Source of the DNA: an uncultured Spirochaetota bacterium
Lineage (GTDB): Bacteria; Spirochaetota; Spirochaetia; SZUA-6; Fen-1364
NCBI GenBank assembly: GCA_963781885.1
Contig: CAWAHW010000001.1
Coordinates: 32,001-96,000, forward strand
Length of the DNA: 64,000 bases
Reading direction: 5' to 3'
Below the pieces are notes generated by a model. That model saw nothing but the letters and a program-made list of their open reading frames with translations. It ran no database searches and was not told the origin of the DNA. The number at the start of each line of letters is the position of its first letter. Position 1 is the stretch's first letter. Shown here in pieces: positions 49,501 to 59,311 of the stretch. A program made the translations under genes and the position numbers.

Positions 49501-49986
49501 ATCGAGGTCGACAGCAGGGTGGATGTCGGCACCCGTTTCCAGATCTACATTCCCCTCACCCAGGCCGCGGAAACCGCGCGCACGAAAACCCGGCATGAAG
49601 GGCCGTCCGCCGGGAGGATGGAGAACATCCTGCTCGTGGAGGACGACCCCGCCATCCGCAAGCTGCTGCTGCGGTCGCTGCGGGAGAGCGGCTATGCCGT
49701 GAAGGAGGCTGCCGACGGCGCGCGGGCTCTGGAGATACTGCGGCGGGAGCCGGGGTCCATCAACCTGCTCGTCACGGACGTCATCATGCCCGACAGGAGC
49801 GGGCCCGAGCTCGCGGATGTCGTGCGCCGGGAACAGCCCGGCATCAAGGTGCTCTTCATCTCGGGCTACACGTCCAACGAAACGGTGGAGTACGGCGTTC
49901 TCGGCAGCGAGCTCAACCTGCTGCAGAAGCCCTTCAGCATGCAGGAATTGTCGCGGAGGGTGCGGGAAACCCTGGATCGCGCCTGA
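46531..49986 (+). CDS. membrane hybrid histidine kinase (multi-TM, GAF-like, 3 PAS, HisKA, HATPase, REC)
   Basis: N-terminal TMs; three PAS/PAC; GRLAGGMAHDFNN, FFTTK..KGTGLGL, REC. Confidence 0.93.
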   Translation: MRRWIGRIVHPPVFSDAERTRRANALRACLAAYLLIAVIGIALAPFVAVPPVASAIFLSCVLLGLAGAFLLASLGRVTAAAFLFPFILWCALALLGLFGGGLRSFAFPLFGLVVLLSSLLVGPRGDAIFIPLSIGAGAVFYYLDARGLLPTPFFAPNPLALGVVLAVGWFLTGSAIFLSRRGPLDLIIGARRSNAFLIEQTRQLRTEIEQRREAEVVAEARTRSLIAASRMAVQCATAPRGSDPLLLIAEQIHEVTGAVGTVISTYDPDRRELHVRQVVVRDPLRRLGERIVGGGAQGMVVPVPPEQVERMLRSGVVETTDLAEVTFGAIPPSVAFALKKALHIERFTGFALHDADRILATVLVGLAPGTPHLDPEVTEIFSTVATMLLREQRAEDVVRESESRFKEMVDQLPQPVVELDAAGALIFANEMAREVFGGAGRDAQAMRPFDMVVPRDRRAARAEFASVRAGRIQRRTEFTCVRADGSPFTAVISARPIRRGNRVSGVRGVIADVSSVRKAEEDARDSRRMLQLVLDLIPQSIFWKDTKSRYLGCNGVFAEMAGLARPEDVVGLTDDDLLWSGEAESYREIDMQVLTSGSPRDQYVQTMVTNAGENRQVRVSKLPLRSADGTLLGVLGVAEDITAWISSEAERLLLGTAIEKAVESVVITDAAGAIEYVNPVFLKNFGYTREEVLGRNPRLLKSGRHDEEYYRELWATIDAGKVWQGKFYNLRKDRSLLIEEAIISPVLGPGGTASHFVKVARDVTYEMSLEERFQQAQKMEAVGRLAGGMAHDFNNILTVISGYSEILDRTLGNDGQGRDEIRAIIDAAARASTLTGQLLAFSRKQKLQPQVIELNAVVRGIEQMLRRLIGEDVDLTTELVPFAGNVFVDKGQIEQVILNLAVNARDAMPKGGHLHLQTRTVQPDEALLDAHVNAAPGPYAVLEVTDTGTGMTEEVKAHLFEPFFTTKPEHKGTGLGLATVYGIVAQSGGFIEVDSRVDVGTRFQIYIPLTQAAETARTKTRHEGPSAGRMENILLVEDDPAIRKLLLRSLRESGYAVKEAADGARALEILRREPGSINLLVTDVIMPDRSGPELADVVRREQPGIKVLFISGYTSNETVEYGVLGSELNLLQKPFSMQELSRRVRETLDRA

Positions 49987-50019
49987 TCGAAGCGGCGGCT
50001 CCGACGATGGAACGGATGC

Positions 50020-50817
50020 CTACAGGGGCCAGCTCCAGAAGACGTGGCTCGCGGAGGCCGCCGCGGGGAAGAGCAGCGGCAGGAGCCCGTCGAGGGTCAC
50101 GTTGCCGGCCTCCGCGGCCATGACGGCCAGGAATGCAATCTCTGCAAGCTCGATTGTCGCGCCCAGCACGTCACCGGTGCAGCCGCCGATCTTTCGCCAG
50201 GCGAGCAGCCAGAATATGGCGATAGCGATGAATGCCGCGGCCGCGGGAATCGGAGTGATGCAGGCGATCATGGCCAGGATCAGCCCCGCGCCGATGGCGA
50301 GCGGCAGCGACACCGTGGACCCGGGCCGAAGTATCCCCCCCTCGCTTCGCACATAGGGCAGAAGCTTCATGCCGACAACCACCGCAGTACGGGAAAGCAT
50401 CGCCGACAAGGGAAAGGCAATCAGCAGGGCGGCCGCTGGCAGCAAGGAGAGTGAGGCGAAACGGGCAAGGAGCGACAGGCCGATTGCCGCGCCGCCCATG
50501 GTGCCGATACGCGGGTCCTTGAGTATTTCCAGCACCCGGGCCCTGTCGCGCCTGCCGTAAAATGCATCCGCGCAGTCGGCCAGGCCGTCGAGGTGGATGC
50601 CGCCGGTCAGGAAGAGGTTCAGGGCAACGAGCGCGACAGCGGCCAGAAGGCCGGGCAGGATCGCGCACAGCCCCGCGGATGCCGCAGCGAGAAGAACGCC
50701 GATGAGAAAGCCGGCAAGGGGATAGCCGGCGAACATGGCGTTGGGATCCTCCGCGGTGAGCCTTCGGGGGATCGGTATGATCGTGAGGAACGAGAGCGCG
50801 GAAAAGAACCGCCGCAT
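50020..50817 (-). CDS. cobS: adenosylcobinamide-GDP ribazoletransferase (cobalamin synthase)
   Basis: FLTIIP, TGGIHLDGLADCADA, LKDPRIGTMG, GG.TGDVLGA..E. Confidence 0.93.
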   Translation of the reverse strand: MRRFFSALSFLTIIPIPRRLTAEDPNAMFAGYPLAGFLIGVLLAAASAGLCAILPGLLAAVALVALNLFLTGGIHLDGLADCADAFYGRRDRARVLEILKDPRIGTMGGAAIGLSLLARFASLSLLPAAALLIAFPLSAMLSRTAVVVGMKLLPYVRSEGGILRPGSTVSLPLAIGAGLILAMIACITPIPAAAAFIAIAIFWLLAWRKIGGCTGDVLGATIELAEIAFLAVMAAEAGNVTLDGLLPLLFPAAASASHVFWSWPL

Positions 50818-51873
50818 CAATGCCCGGTCACGCCGGCCTCGGCGAATGTGGCCATCTCGCGTATCACCTTTGCCCCCGCCTCAATGATCGGCATGGCCAG
50901 CGCGCATCCCGTTCCTTCGCCCAGACGCATGCCGAGGTCGAGGATCGGCCGAAGCCCCATGCGCGCGAGCATGGCCGCCTGCGCCTGCTCCACCGAGCGA
51001 TGCGCGGCGAACATGTAGTCGCTCACGTGGGGAGCAAGCATCCATGCGATCATGGCCCCGGCCGCGGAGATCACCCCGTCGATCACCACCGGCACCCTGC
51101 TCTGCGCCGCGCCGAGCACGAGGCCCGCAATGCCGCCGATTTCGAAGCCCCCCACCTTGGACAGGATGTCGAGGGCATCCGAGGGGTCGGGCCGGTTGCG
51201 GTCGAGCGCGTCCATGAGCACTTTCACCTTGCGCGTCCTGCCCTCGTCGTCCAGTCCCGTGCCCCGGCCGGCAAGCTCCGCCGCGGTGCCTCCCGTGGTG
51301 ACGATGGCAATCGCCGTGGAAGGCGTGGTGTTGCCGATGCCCATGTCGCCCGTGCCCAGCATGCGCACGCCTTCGCCGGCAAGCCGGCGCGCGATTGCCG
51401 CCCCACGCTCGATGCTGTCCAGCGCCTGGCCGCGGCTCATCGCCGGGCCCTTGCGCATGTTCGCCGTGCCCGCGGCGACCTTCGAAATCGATCACCTTTC
51501 CCTGCGCCACGAGGTCGCTGAAATCGGCGCGGCAGCCCATGTCGACCACGCACACCTCGATGCCGGCATGCCGGCTCAGGACGTTGATTCCCGCCATGCC
51601 CGCCGCGAAGCCGCGCACCATCTGGCCCGTCACCTCGGGCGGGTAGGCGCTCACCCCTTCGTCGGTCACGCCGTGATCGCCCGCCATCACCACCACCATC
51701 TTGCGCGCAAGACCCATGTTGTCGTAGCCGGTGATGCCTGCCACCTTTTCCCCGAGCTCCAACAGCGTCCCCAAGGCCCGCTTCGGCATAAGGAGCTGCT
51801 CAACCCTGTCCGCCGCCTTTCTCCTGCTTGCCTGGTCCACCGGGGGAACGCGGAACGACAACTCTCTGCTCAT
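50817..51873 (-). CDS. cobT: nicotinate-nucleotide:DMB phosphoribosyltransferase; one frameshift near 51485
   Basis: P..ALG.L, AGDHGV..EGVSAYP.EVT.QM; GDMGIGNTT, GRGTG, MRLGEGTG, MATF.EAGV. Confidence 0.92.
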
Positions 51874-52406
51874 GACGGGCCTCCCTGTTTCGATTTCACG
51901 GCGACGGGAACGCCGCTCACGAGGAGATAGACCTCGTCGGCACCCGCTGCCAGCACCTGGTTCGCCCGGCCGGCGCAGTCGCGGAACCTGCGGCTCAACT
52001 CGTTGTCGGGGACGATGCCAGAGCCGACCTCGTTGGTGACGATAATGACGTCCCCGGTCCCCCGCGCGGCATCCAGGAGCGCCACGGCGTGGCGCGCGGC
52101 GTCGGTCTCACCGAAGGAAGCGTCCGCGAGCAGGAGATTGGAGATCCAGAGCGTCACGCAGTCCACGACGATGGTGCCTGCCGTGCCGCGCGCCGCGGCC
52201 AGTGCGGCCGGCACATTCACCGGCTCCTCCACCAGCCCCCAGTCCGCGGGACGCGCCGCGCGGTGCGCCGTGATGCGGCGGCGCATCTCGTCGTCAAACG
52301 CCTGTGCGGTGGCAAGGAAAAGGCGCGGCGGCTGCCCGCGGCCGGCGAGCTTCTGCGCAAAGCCCGACTTGCCGCTCCTGCTGCCCCCCGTGACGAGCGT
52401 CACCAT
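51870..52406 (-). CDS. cobU: bifunctional adenosylcobinamide kinase/guanylyltransferase
   Basis: TGGSRSGKS, EM..RI..H, VDCVTLW.SN, VTNEVG.GIVP, FRD..G.ANQ. Confidence 0.95.
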   Translation of the reverse strand: MVTLVTGGSRSGKSGFAQKLAGRGQPPRLFLATAQAFDDEMRRRITAHRAARPADWGLVEEPVNVPAALAAARGTAGTIVVDCVTLWISNLLLADASFGETDAARHAVALLDAARGTGDVIIVTNEVGSGIVPDNELSRRFRDCAGRANQVLAAGADEVYLLVSGVPVAVKSKQGGPS

Positions 52407-52418
52407 GAAAGCATCTCC

Positions 52419-53204
52419 TCAAGCGCCGAGAAGGGAGGCCAGGAAGTATTCCACGGAAAAGACCTCCAGCGAGAGGCTGCCCCGATAGTTTTCTTCTTTC
52501 AGGACAGCGCCGATCCGCGCCCGCGTTCCCGGGTCCAGGGCCGAAAGAGGCAGGTGGTCCTTCTGCCCTTGCACGCCGTGAAGGTGCACCATCGTGATGG
52601 ACCCCCGGAACGATTCGAAGAAGGCTCCGACGTCCCGGCCCGCGGCAAGCAAATGGCCGATGTCGATGCAGACGGAGAAGCCCAGGGCCGCAAGCAGGTC
52701 TTTCACATCCCGCAGGTCCCAGTCCAGCGTTTCCACGGAAAACCGGGAGCGCGGCTCTGGCAGGAGCGAAAGGGACTTGGCGACCCGCGCGCGCCAGGCT
52801 GCCAGGTCTTCCATCGCGGGGCGCGGCACGTGAAGGACGAACGTGGACACCGAAAGCGGCGCGGCCAACGCGAGCACGCGGCCTATTGTATCGTGCGCCC
52901 GCGCGCGTGCCGCCGGGTCCGCCGATGCAAGGTCGATGTCCAGGGGGAGGTGCACGTTCAGCTTCAAGCCTGCGGGAGCCGCGTGCGACGCGATGAGGGC
53001 GATCTCCTCCTCCAACGGCAGGCTGCAGCTCCCTCTGCTTTCGAAAAGCAGGAGCTCCACCTCATCGACTACCGCGGCCAGACGTTCGACATTGTATGCC
53101 CAGCCCGCCTGGTAGAGGAATGAAGGCACACCGAAAGAAAAGGGGAAACGTCCCTTGCCCGACCAGGAAATGGCGGGCGCATCCACGTCAAGGTCATGCG
53201 GCAT
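52419..53204 (-). CDS. cbiR: CbiR-like cobamide-remodelling phosphodiesterase (AP-endonuclease-2/TIM-barrel fold)
   Basis: FPFSFG.PSF...NV..LA..VDEVELLLFES, VHLPLD, VLH, VETL, CIDIGHL, VHLHG...DHL, LEVF; sits between cobQ and cobU. Confidence 0.75.
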   Translation of the reverse strand: MPHDLDVDAPAISWSGKGRFPFSFGVPSFLYQAGWAYNVERLAAVVDEVELLLFESRGSCSLPLEEEIALIASHAAPAGLKLNVHLPLDIDLASADPAARARAHDTIGRVLALAAPLSVSTFVLHVPRPAMEDLAAWRARVAKSLSLLPEPRSRFSVETLDWDLRDVKDLLAALGFSVCIDIGHLLAAGRDVGAFFESFRGSITMVHLHGVQGQKDHLPLSALDPGTRARIGAVLKEENYRGSLSLEVFSVEYFLASLLGA

Positions 53205-54617
53205 CAATCGTCCTGCTCCATCCCGAGGTCGTGACAAGCCCTGCCACCTTGTCCAGCTCCGCGTCGATTCGGGCCCGCCAGTCCTCTGATCGGCCCTTCC
53301 ATCCCAGGCGACGGAGAAAGCTGTCCCGATAGTCGGTGTTCTCGAACAGCCCGTGCAGGTACACGCCGCGGACGCTGCCCTGCTCCCAGCCCAGGTCATC
53401 TTCGAGGTGGAGCCCGGGCAAGCGGCCCTGTCACGGTCCGGCCATGGTGGATTTCATATCCTTCCACCATGCCGCCCGGGACCCAGCGGACCTTCCGCTG
53501 CCGGGTGGTCTTTTCCCGCTCGAGAGTCGTCACGAGGTCCAGGAGACCGAGGCCTTCGATATCGCCGGACTCCAGGCTCTCCGGGTCGTCGATGCGGCGC
53601 CCAAGGAGCTGCATGCCGCCGCAGACCCCCATGACGGGTGTGCCTTTCCGCGCGGCCTCGGCCACTTCGGCGAAAAGACCGTTCTCCCGCATCCAGCGAA
53701 GGCTCGCGGCGGTGTTCTTGCTGCCGGGCAGGATGACGGCCTCATACGCATCGAGCCGCGCAAAATCGCGTATCGGCACCACCGAGACGCCGCGCTCGTA
53801 GACGAGCGGATCGAACTCGTCGAGATTGCTCGCATAGGGGTAGGCGATGAGGGCGATATTGACGTGCCCGACAATGGGCTGCGCGCGATGGTGCAGCGTG
53901 TCCTCTTCCGGCAGCGCATGGGGGACCAGCGGGACGATGGCGACCGTCGGCACCCCGGTCCTGTCCTGCAGCCATTCCATGGCATTGCCCAGGAGCGCGG
54001 CATCGCCGCGAAACTTGTTGAGCACGAATCCCCGGATGAGCGCCCGGTCCTCCGGCTCCAGGCACGACCAGGTGCCAAGGAGGTGGGCGAAAGAGCCGCC
54101 GCGGTCGATGTCGGAGACAAGGTAGACGTCGGCGCCGCATTCCCGCGCGACGCTCATGTTCACGATGTCTCCCTGCCGCAGGTTGATCTCCGCGGGGCTT
54201 CCGGCTCCCTCGATCACCACTTGCTCGTAGTCTTCGATCAGATCCCCGTAGCGCCTCCCACACGATGGGCCACAGGCGATCCCGGCGCGCATTCCACGGC
54301 AGCGCCGTGATCGCGTGATCGAGCCTGCCCATGACGATCACCTGGCTGAAGGTATCCGCGCTCGGCTTGAGGAGCACCGGGTTCATGCGCGCCTGGGGCG
54401 CCGTGCGCGCCGCCAATGCCTGGAGGTACTGGGCGCGTCCCATCTCCAGGCCTTCCGCGGTGACGGCCGCATTGTTGCTCATGTTCTGCGCCTTGAAAGG
54501 CGCCACGCGGACACCCCTGTTGGAGTAGTGCCGGCACAGGGCCGCCACCAGGAAGGATTTCCCGGCATCACTGGTGCAGCCCATGACCATGACGGGCTTC
54601 TTCGCTCCGCGATCCAT
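53194..54617 (-). CDS. cobQ: cobyric acid synthase; frameshifts near 54245 and 53414
   Basis: [27 protein letters not shown]; [44 protein letters not shown]; [10 protein letters not shown]. Confidence 0.92.
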
Positions 54618-54640
54618 GTCCGGCGCTCCGGCCCGACCGC

Positions 54641-55588
54641 TCAGGGGAACAGCGTCGGGTAGGCCGTGCGCGCCAGCCATTCCACGGACGAGGCGATGTA
54701 CTGTGAGATCGCGCTCTTCAAGTTCTCCGGCATCATGTACACCCGCTTCGCTTTCACCGCGGTGAGATCCCTGAACGCCGGGTCCCCCACGACCTGGGCA
54801 TAGAAGGATGAGGCGCCCTTCGGGTCGCCGTAGACCCAGCCGGGCAGGATGAGGATGTCAGGGTCGAGCTGGAGGATTCTCTCCTTGGACACGGGCACCT
54901 GTCCCCACTGGTCGGGCGTGATATCGGCCACGGCATCGATGAGACCGGCGCGCCGGATGATCTCGTCCCACGAGCTTCCGCTGCCCTGTGCCGACCCCCA
55001 CGTCGCATAGTCGATGACCCGGAGCTTCTTTTGCGCGGGCAGCGTGGAAACCCTGTCCTTCACCGCCGCGAGCCGGGCCTCCATGGTGGCAATGATCTCC
55101 CGCGCCTTTGGCTGGTCTCCCGTCATGAGGGCGAGCCTGTTGATCTTCTCTTCGATCGCGGCCACCGAGAGGCCGCTCGCCATCAGGTAGACGGGCACGC
55201 CCGCATCGCGAAGCTGCTTCACCGCCGCGGCGTCGCTCCAGTTGGCGACGATCGCGAGATCGGGTGAGAGGGAGATGATTGTTTCGACGCTCAGGGTGAG
55301 CTTGTTCGGGATGGCCGCCGCTTGCACGGCGACATTGGAAACCTGCGGATCGATGGCGAAGGTGGTCACGCCGATCAGCCTGCTCCTGTCCACGAGAGAA
55401 AGGAGGATCTCGTCCGTGAACAGGGTGAGCGAAACGATCCTGCGCGGCTGCGCGGTAAGGGTGATCGCATTCCCCACGTCATCGGTGACGGTGAGCGGGT
55501 AGCGGGTCTGCTGCTGCGCGGCAAGCCCCGCGGCACAGAGGCACAGCAGAGCGACGAGGAGAACGCCGAAGAGACGCCGGGTTTTCAT
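54641..55588 (-). CDS. btuF: corrinoid ABC transporter substrate-binding protein (BtuF-like)
   Basis: Signal peptide; VTDD.G......PRRIVSL, E.I.SL.PDL, E.IL.LDPD.LI; first gene behind B12 riboswitch. Confidence 0.8.
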   Translation of the reverse strand: MKTRRLFGVLLVALLCLCAAGLAAQQQTRYPLTVTDDVGNAITLTAQPRRIVSLTLFTDEILLSLVDRSRLIGVTTFAIDPQVSNVAVQAAAIPNKLTLSVETIISLSPDLAIVANWSDAAAVKQLRDAGVPVYLMASGLSVAAIEEKINRLALMTGDQPKAREIIATMEARLAAVKDRVSTLPAQKKLRVIDYATWGSAQGSGSSWDEIIRRAGLIDAVADITPDQWGQVPVSKERILQLDPDILILPGWVYGDPKGASSFYAQVVGDPAFRDLTAVKAKRVYMMPENLKSAISQYIASSVEWLARTAYPTLFP

Positions 55589-55675
55589 GGGACCTCCTGC
55601 AAAGAAACGCGTGCAGGCAGGGTATCGGCGGGATGCGTCGCGCTGAGCGCGAGCGGCCGACGGCCCTGTGTGCCG

Positions 55676-55826
55676 AGGCCCCAACGTCTCCTGACTTCCG
55701 GGTCACCCTCCCGCCCCGCCTTCCCAGCCTTTCCCTCCCGGGGAAAGCCAGTGGCATTCAGGGGCGCTCGTCACCGGTCACAGTGGCGCGTCCGCGGCGG
55801 ATTCTCACCGCCTTCCGTTCGAGGCC
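55676..55826 (-). ncRNA. cobalamin riboswitch
   Basis: Minus strand: ACGGAA GGCGGTGAGAATCCGCC GCGGACGCGCCACTGTGA...GCCACTG...CTGGGAAGG...GAAGTCAGGAGAC (B12 box); TTGACA -35 at 55862-55857. Confidence 0.92.
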
Positions 55827-55858
55827 GCACACGAGCTTGGCGCGGGGGAGGGAACCTG

Positions 55859-56829
55859 TCAAGGGCCGGGATAACATTCGTCGGGCAGGAGGACCACGGA
55901 GAAACTGCTGCGCATCGCCCGGCGGCTGTGGAAGCAGAGATCGCATTCGTCGCGGAAGGTGCGTGGGGCCGGAGCCTGGCCCCTGTCCACTGCCATGCGG
56001 TACAGGCCGATGGGACCTTCTTCCGCGAGCGCCCGGGTGATCGGGTTGGCGCGCGGATCGTAGCGCTCGAGCAGCCTGGCAAGCGGCGCATCGCGCAAAT
56101 TGCCGATCGCGATGCCGTAGCAAATCATCACATTGCCGTACGGGTCGATCCAGATCATGCGCGGATCGAATGGCCCCGTCTCCCCCAGGCACGTCGCGAG
56201 ATCCCGGCAAGGACCGTCCGGCAGACCCTGCATCCGGTTTTCGCCGAGGCGTGCCCCGCGGCCGATGGGTCGGATCGGTATTTCCGCGACGGGAAGCCCG
56301 GTCCTTTCAGACACGCCGTGTGCCAGGGCCCGGGAAGCCCGGTTCGTGGCATCCGCTTCCGCCGCATCACCGGGCAGGAGAGAGAGCACGAGCCACGAGT
56401 GCCGGCGCATGCCCGCCTCCGCGACTGCGGCCGCGGCATTCTCCAGGGCAGCGGATGAAACGCCCGGCTGGTGAAAGGCGTCGATGCTGAGAGAGATGCC
56501 GCTCACGCCGCGGCCGCGCGCCTCTGCGACGACGCTCCGCGCCCGGACTGCATCTGCTCCCCAGTACCCGTTTGATGCGATGCCGATGTCGCCGTATGGC
56601 GCGCGCGCGTCGCGTCCAGGAGCCGCAGGAGCCGCGCAGCGTCGAGGAATGGCTCCCCTCCGGTGAAGTGTATCCATCGCAGCGGCCGATCGAGTGATTC
56701 CAGCGCCGCCTCGACGGTCCGCGGCTCCAGCGACCCGGCGGACGCGCGGCCGTCGAAGAAGCAATGCGCGCAGGAGAGATTGCACCGATACGTGACGATG
56801 AAGGCGATGCCTTCCAGTGCGAGCCCCAT
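55859..56829 (-). CDS. radical SAM protein with SPASM/twitch-like C-terminus; frameshift near 56600
   Basis: TYRCNLSCAHC, FTGGEPF; shifted frame SNGYW, SIDAFHQ, IDPYGNVMIC, ECDLC. Confidence 0.85.
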
Positions 56830-57040
56830 TGGTCCGCGAGCATAGTAATCCCGCCGACCGCCATCAAGGGGGCGCGAGAAGGCGTCGAGCGGCAGAGGCC
56901 GTCCTCTTGCGATCACCTCCATAAGACGTGATATAATTCAACGCGGCTGAGTCCGACACCCGCCAAACACATCACAGCCGCGAATGAATTGGCGAGCATT
57001 CGGAAAAATAGACTGTTTCGTCGATTGAAAAGAGGCTGCC

Positions 57041-59311
57041 ATGAAAAAACCGGCGTTTTCGACGCGCATTTCGTGTCTTGCCCGATTTACATGGTGGGTG
57101 ATCTTCACCGCGATCCTGGCCGCCCCGATCGCAGCTCAGAACAATCCGGATTCGGGCGAGGCACGAATCGCGTTGGTCATAGGCAACGGCGCGTACCTCA
57201 ATGCGCCGCTCAAGAACCCGCCCAATGATGCAAGAGACATGGCCGCGGCGCTGCAGAATCTCGGCTTTTCCGTCACCCTGCTCGTGGATGGCGACTTTGC
57301 CGGCATGAACCGCGCGATCCGGGATTTTGGAAACGCGATAAGACGCACGGACGCGGTTGCCCTTTTCTACTTCTCGGGCCACGGCGTGCAATACCAGGGA
57401 GCAAATTACCTGATACCCGCGCATGCCGACGTTGAAGGGGCCGACGAGCTGCCATATTCCGCGGTCAACGCGGAGCAGGTGTACGCGAAGATGGAAGAGT
57501 CGGGCGCCAAGACGAACCTCATCATTCTCGACGCCTGCCGCAACAATCCGTTCCCCGGATCCGAACGCGCCCTGGACCGGGGCCTCGCCGTGGTCAGCAA
57601 CGTGCAGCCGCCGCGTTCCCTCATCGTCTACTCCACCGCCCCCGGGAAGACTGCCCAGGACGGAGAAGGCCGCAACGGCGTCTTCACGACCGCCCTTCTC
57701 AAGCATCTAGCAGATCCGGGGCTCGACGCAGAGCTCATGATCCGCCGGGTTCGCGAAGACGTGATCGCCTCCACGGCCGGAGCACAGGTTCCCTGGAACA
57801 ACTCGTCGATCACCGGGGAAGGCTTCTTCTTCGCGGGTCGCGGCGAGATCGATGTGACCACCGATCCCACGGGAGCCGAGATATCGCTGAATGGCGAGCG
57901 CCGCGGGCTTTCTCCCCTTCAGCTCACCGATGTCCCGCGTTTTGGCGACGTCGAGGTCACCGCGCGGTTGAACAATCAGAGCGCAACGCGCCGGCTTTCG
58001 CTTCGCGACGTCGCTTCGATGAGACTCGATCTCAAGCTGCAGACCGAGCAGGGAAGCCTTGCCATCAAGGCAAATGAAGCGAAGTTTTCCGTGCTTCTGG
58101 ATGGCGTGGCAATGACAGTCTCCCCATCCGGCGTGCTGGAGGGGCTGGGAGTCGGGCCGCACAGCCTGGAGGTAAGGGGAGACTCCAGCGTCTACCAAGG
58201 CAGCGTCTCGGTCGCGAGCGGGAAAATGACCATCGTCGCGGTCACCCTTGTTCCCTGCGGATCGCTCACTCTGAATCTGCCGGCGGACACTGTGTGCAGA
58301 ATCGAAGGCGCGGGAATAGCGGACAGCAGCGCCCGCAAGGATTACGGTCAGGTGCCCGCCGGCGACTATCGCTTGACCGTGACCGGAGGCGGTTACGAGT
58401 CATATGTGGAAAGCGTCACGGTAAAAAGGGCTCAGGCGTATCAGTTCACGCCACGTCTTCGGTTCACGGCAGCGTATCTGACCGCGAAATATGGCGCACA
58501 GCTCGATGCCCTTTCGCTGGTGGAAAAGCGCAGTTACGTGGACCAGCTCGATGTCGACCAGGTGGCGGCATTCCAGAAAAGCATCACGGACGAAGCGCGT
58601 CCCGAGCTCCAACCGCTCTTCGATCGAGCCGAAGAGCTGAAGACGCGCCTGACTTCGGTGCTCGCGCGCCAGGCTTCTGCCGCACAGGGAGAGGGCACGA
58701 TGCCCGCTCAAGGCCCGAAGGAGCTGTACCTGGCTTACTCCACAGAGCTTAGCGGGTATTCAAACCTTGAAAAAAGCACGGCGCTTACCCAGAACGACAT
58801 GGACAAAGTGGCGGCATTCGTTCTCAAGGCGCTTGCCCAGCCATACGAGGATTTCCAGGAGCTAGGAAAGCAGGCGGATGACCTCAAGACGAGGCTCGTC
58901 GTTCTGAAGGCCGCGCAGGATCGAAAAGCTCAGTATGACACTCTCGTCCAGCAAAAGGCGGCGGCTGCAAAGAATTACAAGGACGCGGTGACCAAAGGGA
59001 AGTTTCTGTCCACGATGGGGTGGTGGTTCGTGGTGCCGGGTGGCCTCAGCCTTGTGACCTCTGGAGTCTTTCTTGTCCTTGGCTTGAATGTTGCCCCCCA
59101 ATACTACGCCGCGACGACGATGAAGGACGCAACGACGCTTGGCGGCCAATTGAAGCTTTACCAGGAGACGATGGATCTTGCGGCCGGCCTTGGCCTCGGC
59201 TTGGGTGGGCTGGGCTCGCTATTCCTTGCAACAAGACCGAATCCAAAACCCCTACAGGAAGCGATAGACCGCCTGGATCAGCAGATAGCCTCTTTTGGAG
59301 ACACGAAATGA
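57041..59311 (+). CDS. exported caspase-family (C14) peptidase with PEGA repeats, helical repeats and C-terminal hydrophobic hairpin
   Basis: Signal peptide; RIALVIGN.AY...LKNP.NDA, FYFSGHG, ILDACRNNP, STAPG..A.DG; TDPTGAEISLNG. Confidence 0.9.
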   Translation: MKKPAFSTRISCLARFTWWVIFTAILAAPIAAQNNPDSGEARIALVIGNGAYLNAPLKNPPNDARDMAAALQNLGFSVTLLVDGDFAGMNRAIRDFGNAIRRTDAVALFYFSGHGVQYQGANYLIPAHADVEGADELPYSAVNAEQVYAKMEESGAKTNLIILDACRNNPFPGSERALDRGLAVVSNVQPPRSLIVYSTAPGKTAQDGEGRNGVFTTALLKHLADPGLDAELMIRRVREDVIASTAGAQVPWNNSSITGEGFFFAGRGEIDVTTDPTGAEISLNGERRGLSPLQLTDVPRFGDVEVTARLNNQSATRRLSLRDVASMRLDLKLQTEQGSLAIKANEAKFSVLLDGVAMTVSPSGVLEGLGVGPHSLEVRGDSSVYQGSVSVASGKMTIVAVTLVPCGSLTLNLPADTVCRIEGAGIADSSARKDYGQVPAGDYRLTVTGGGYESYVESVTVKRAQAYQFTPRLRFTAAYLTAKYGAQLDALSLVEKRSYVDQLDVDQVAAFQKSITDEARPELQPLFDRAEELKTRLTSVLARQASAAQGEGTMPAQGPKELYLAYSTELSGYSNLEKSTALTQNDMDKVAAFVLKALAQPYEDFQELGKQADDLKTRLVVLKAAQDRKAQYDTLVQQKAAAAKNYKDAVTKGKFLSTMGWWFVVPGGLSLVTSGVFLVLGLNVAPQYYAATTMKDATTLGGQLKLYQETMDLAAGLGLGLGGLGSLFLATRPNPKPLQEAIDRLDQQIASFGDTK

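Noticed and set aside
435-49596. Many long antisense/alternate-frame ORFs (e.g. 435-1844, 12784-14130, 19208-20761, 26229-27620, 30386-31837, 34569-36194, 48070-49596)
   Set aside because: Shadow ORFs expected from high-GC codon bias; they overlap well-supported genes and carry no motifs
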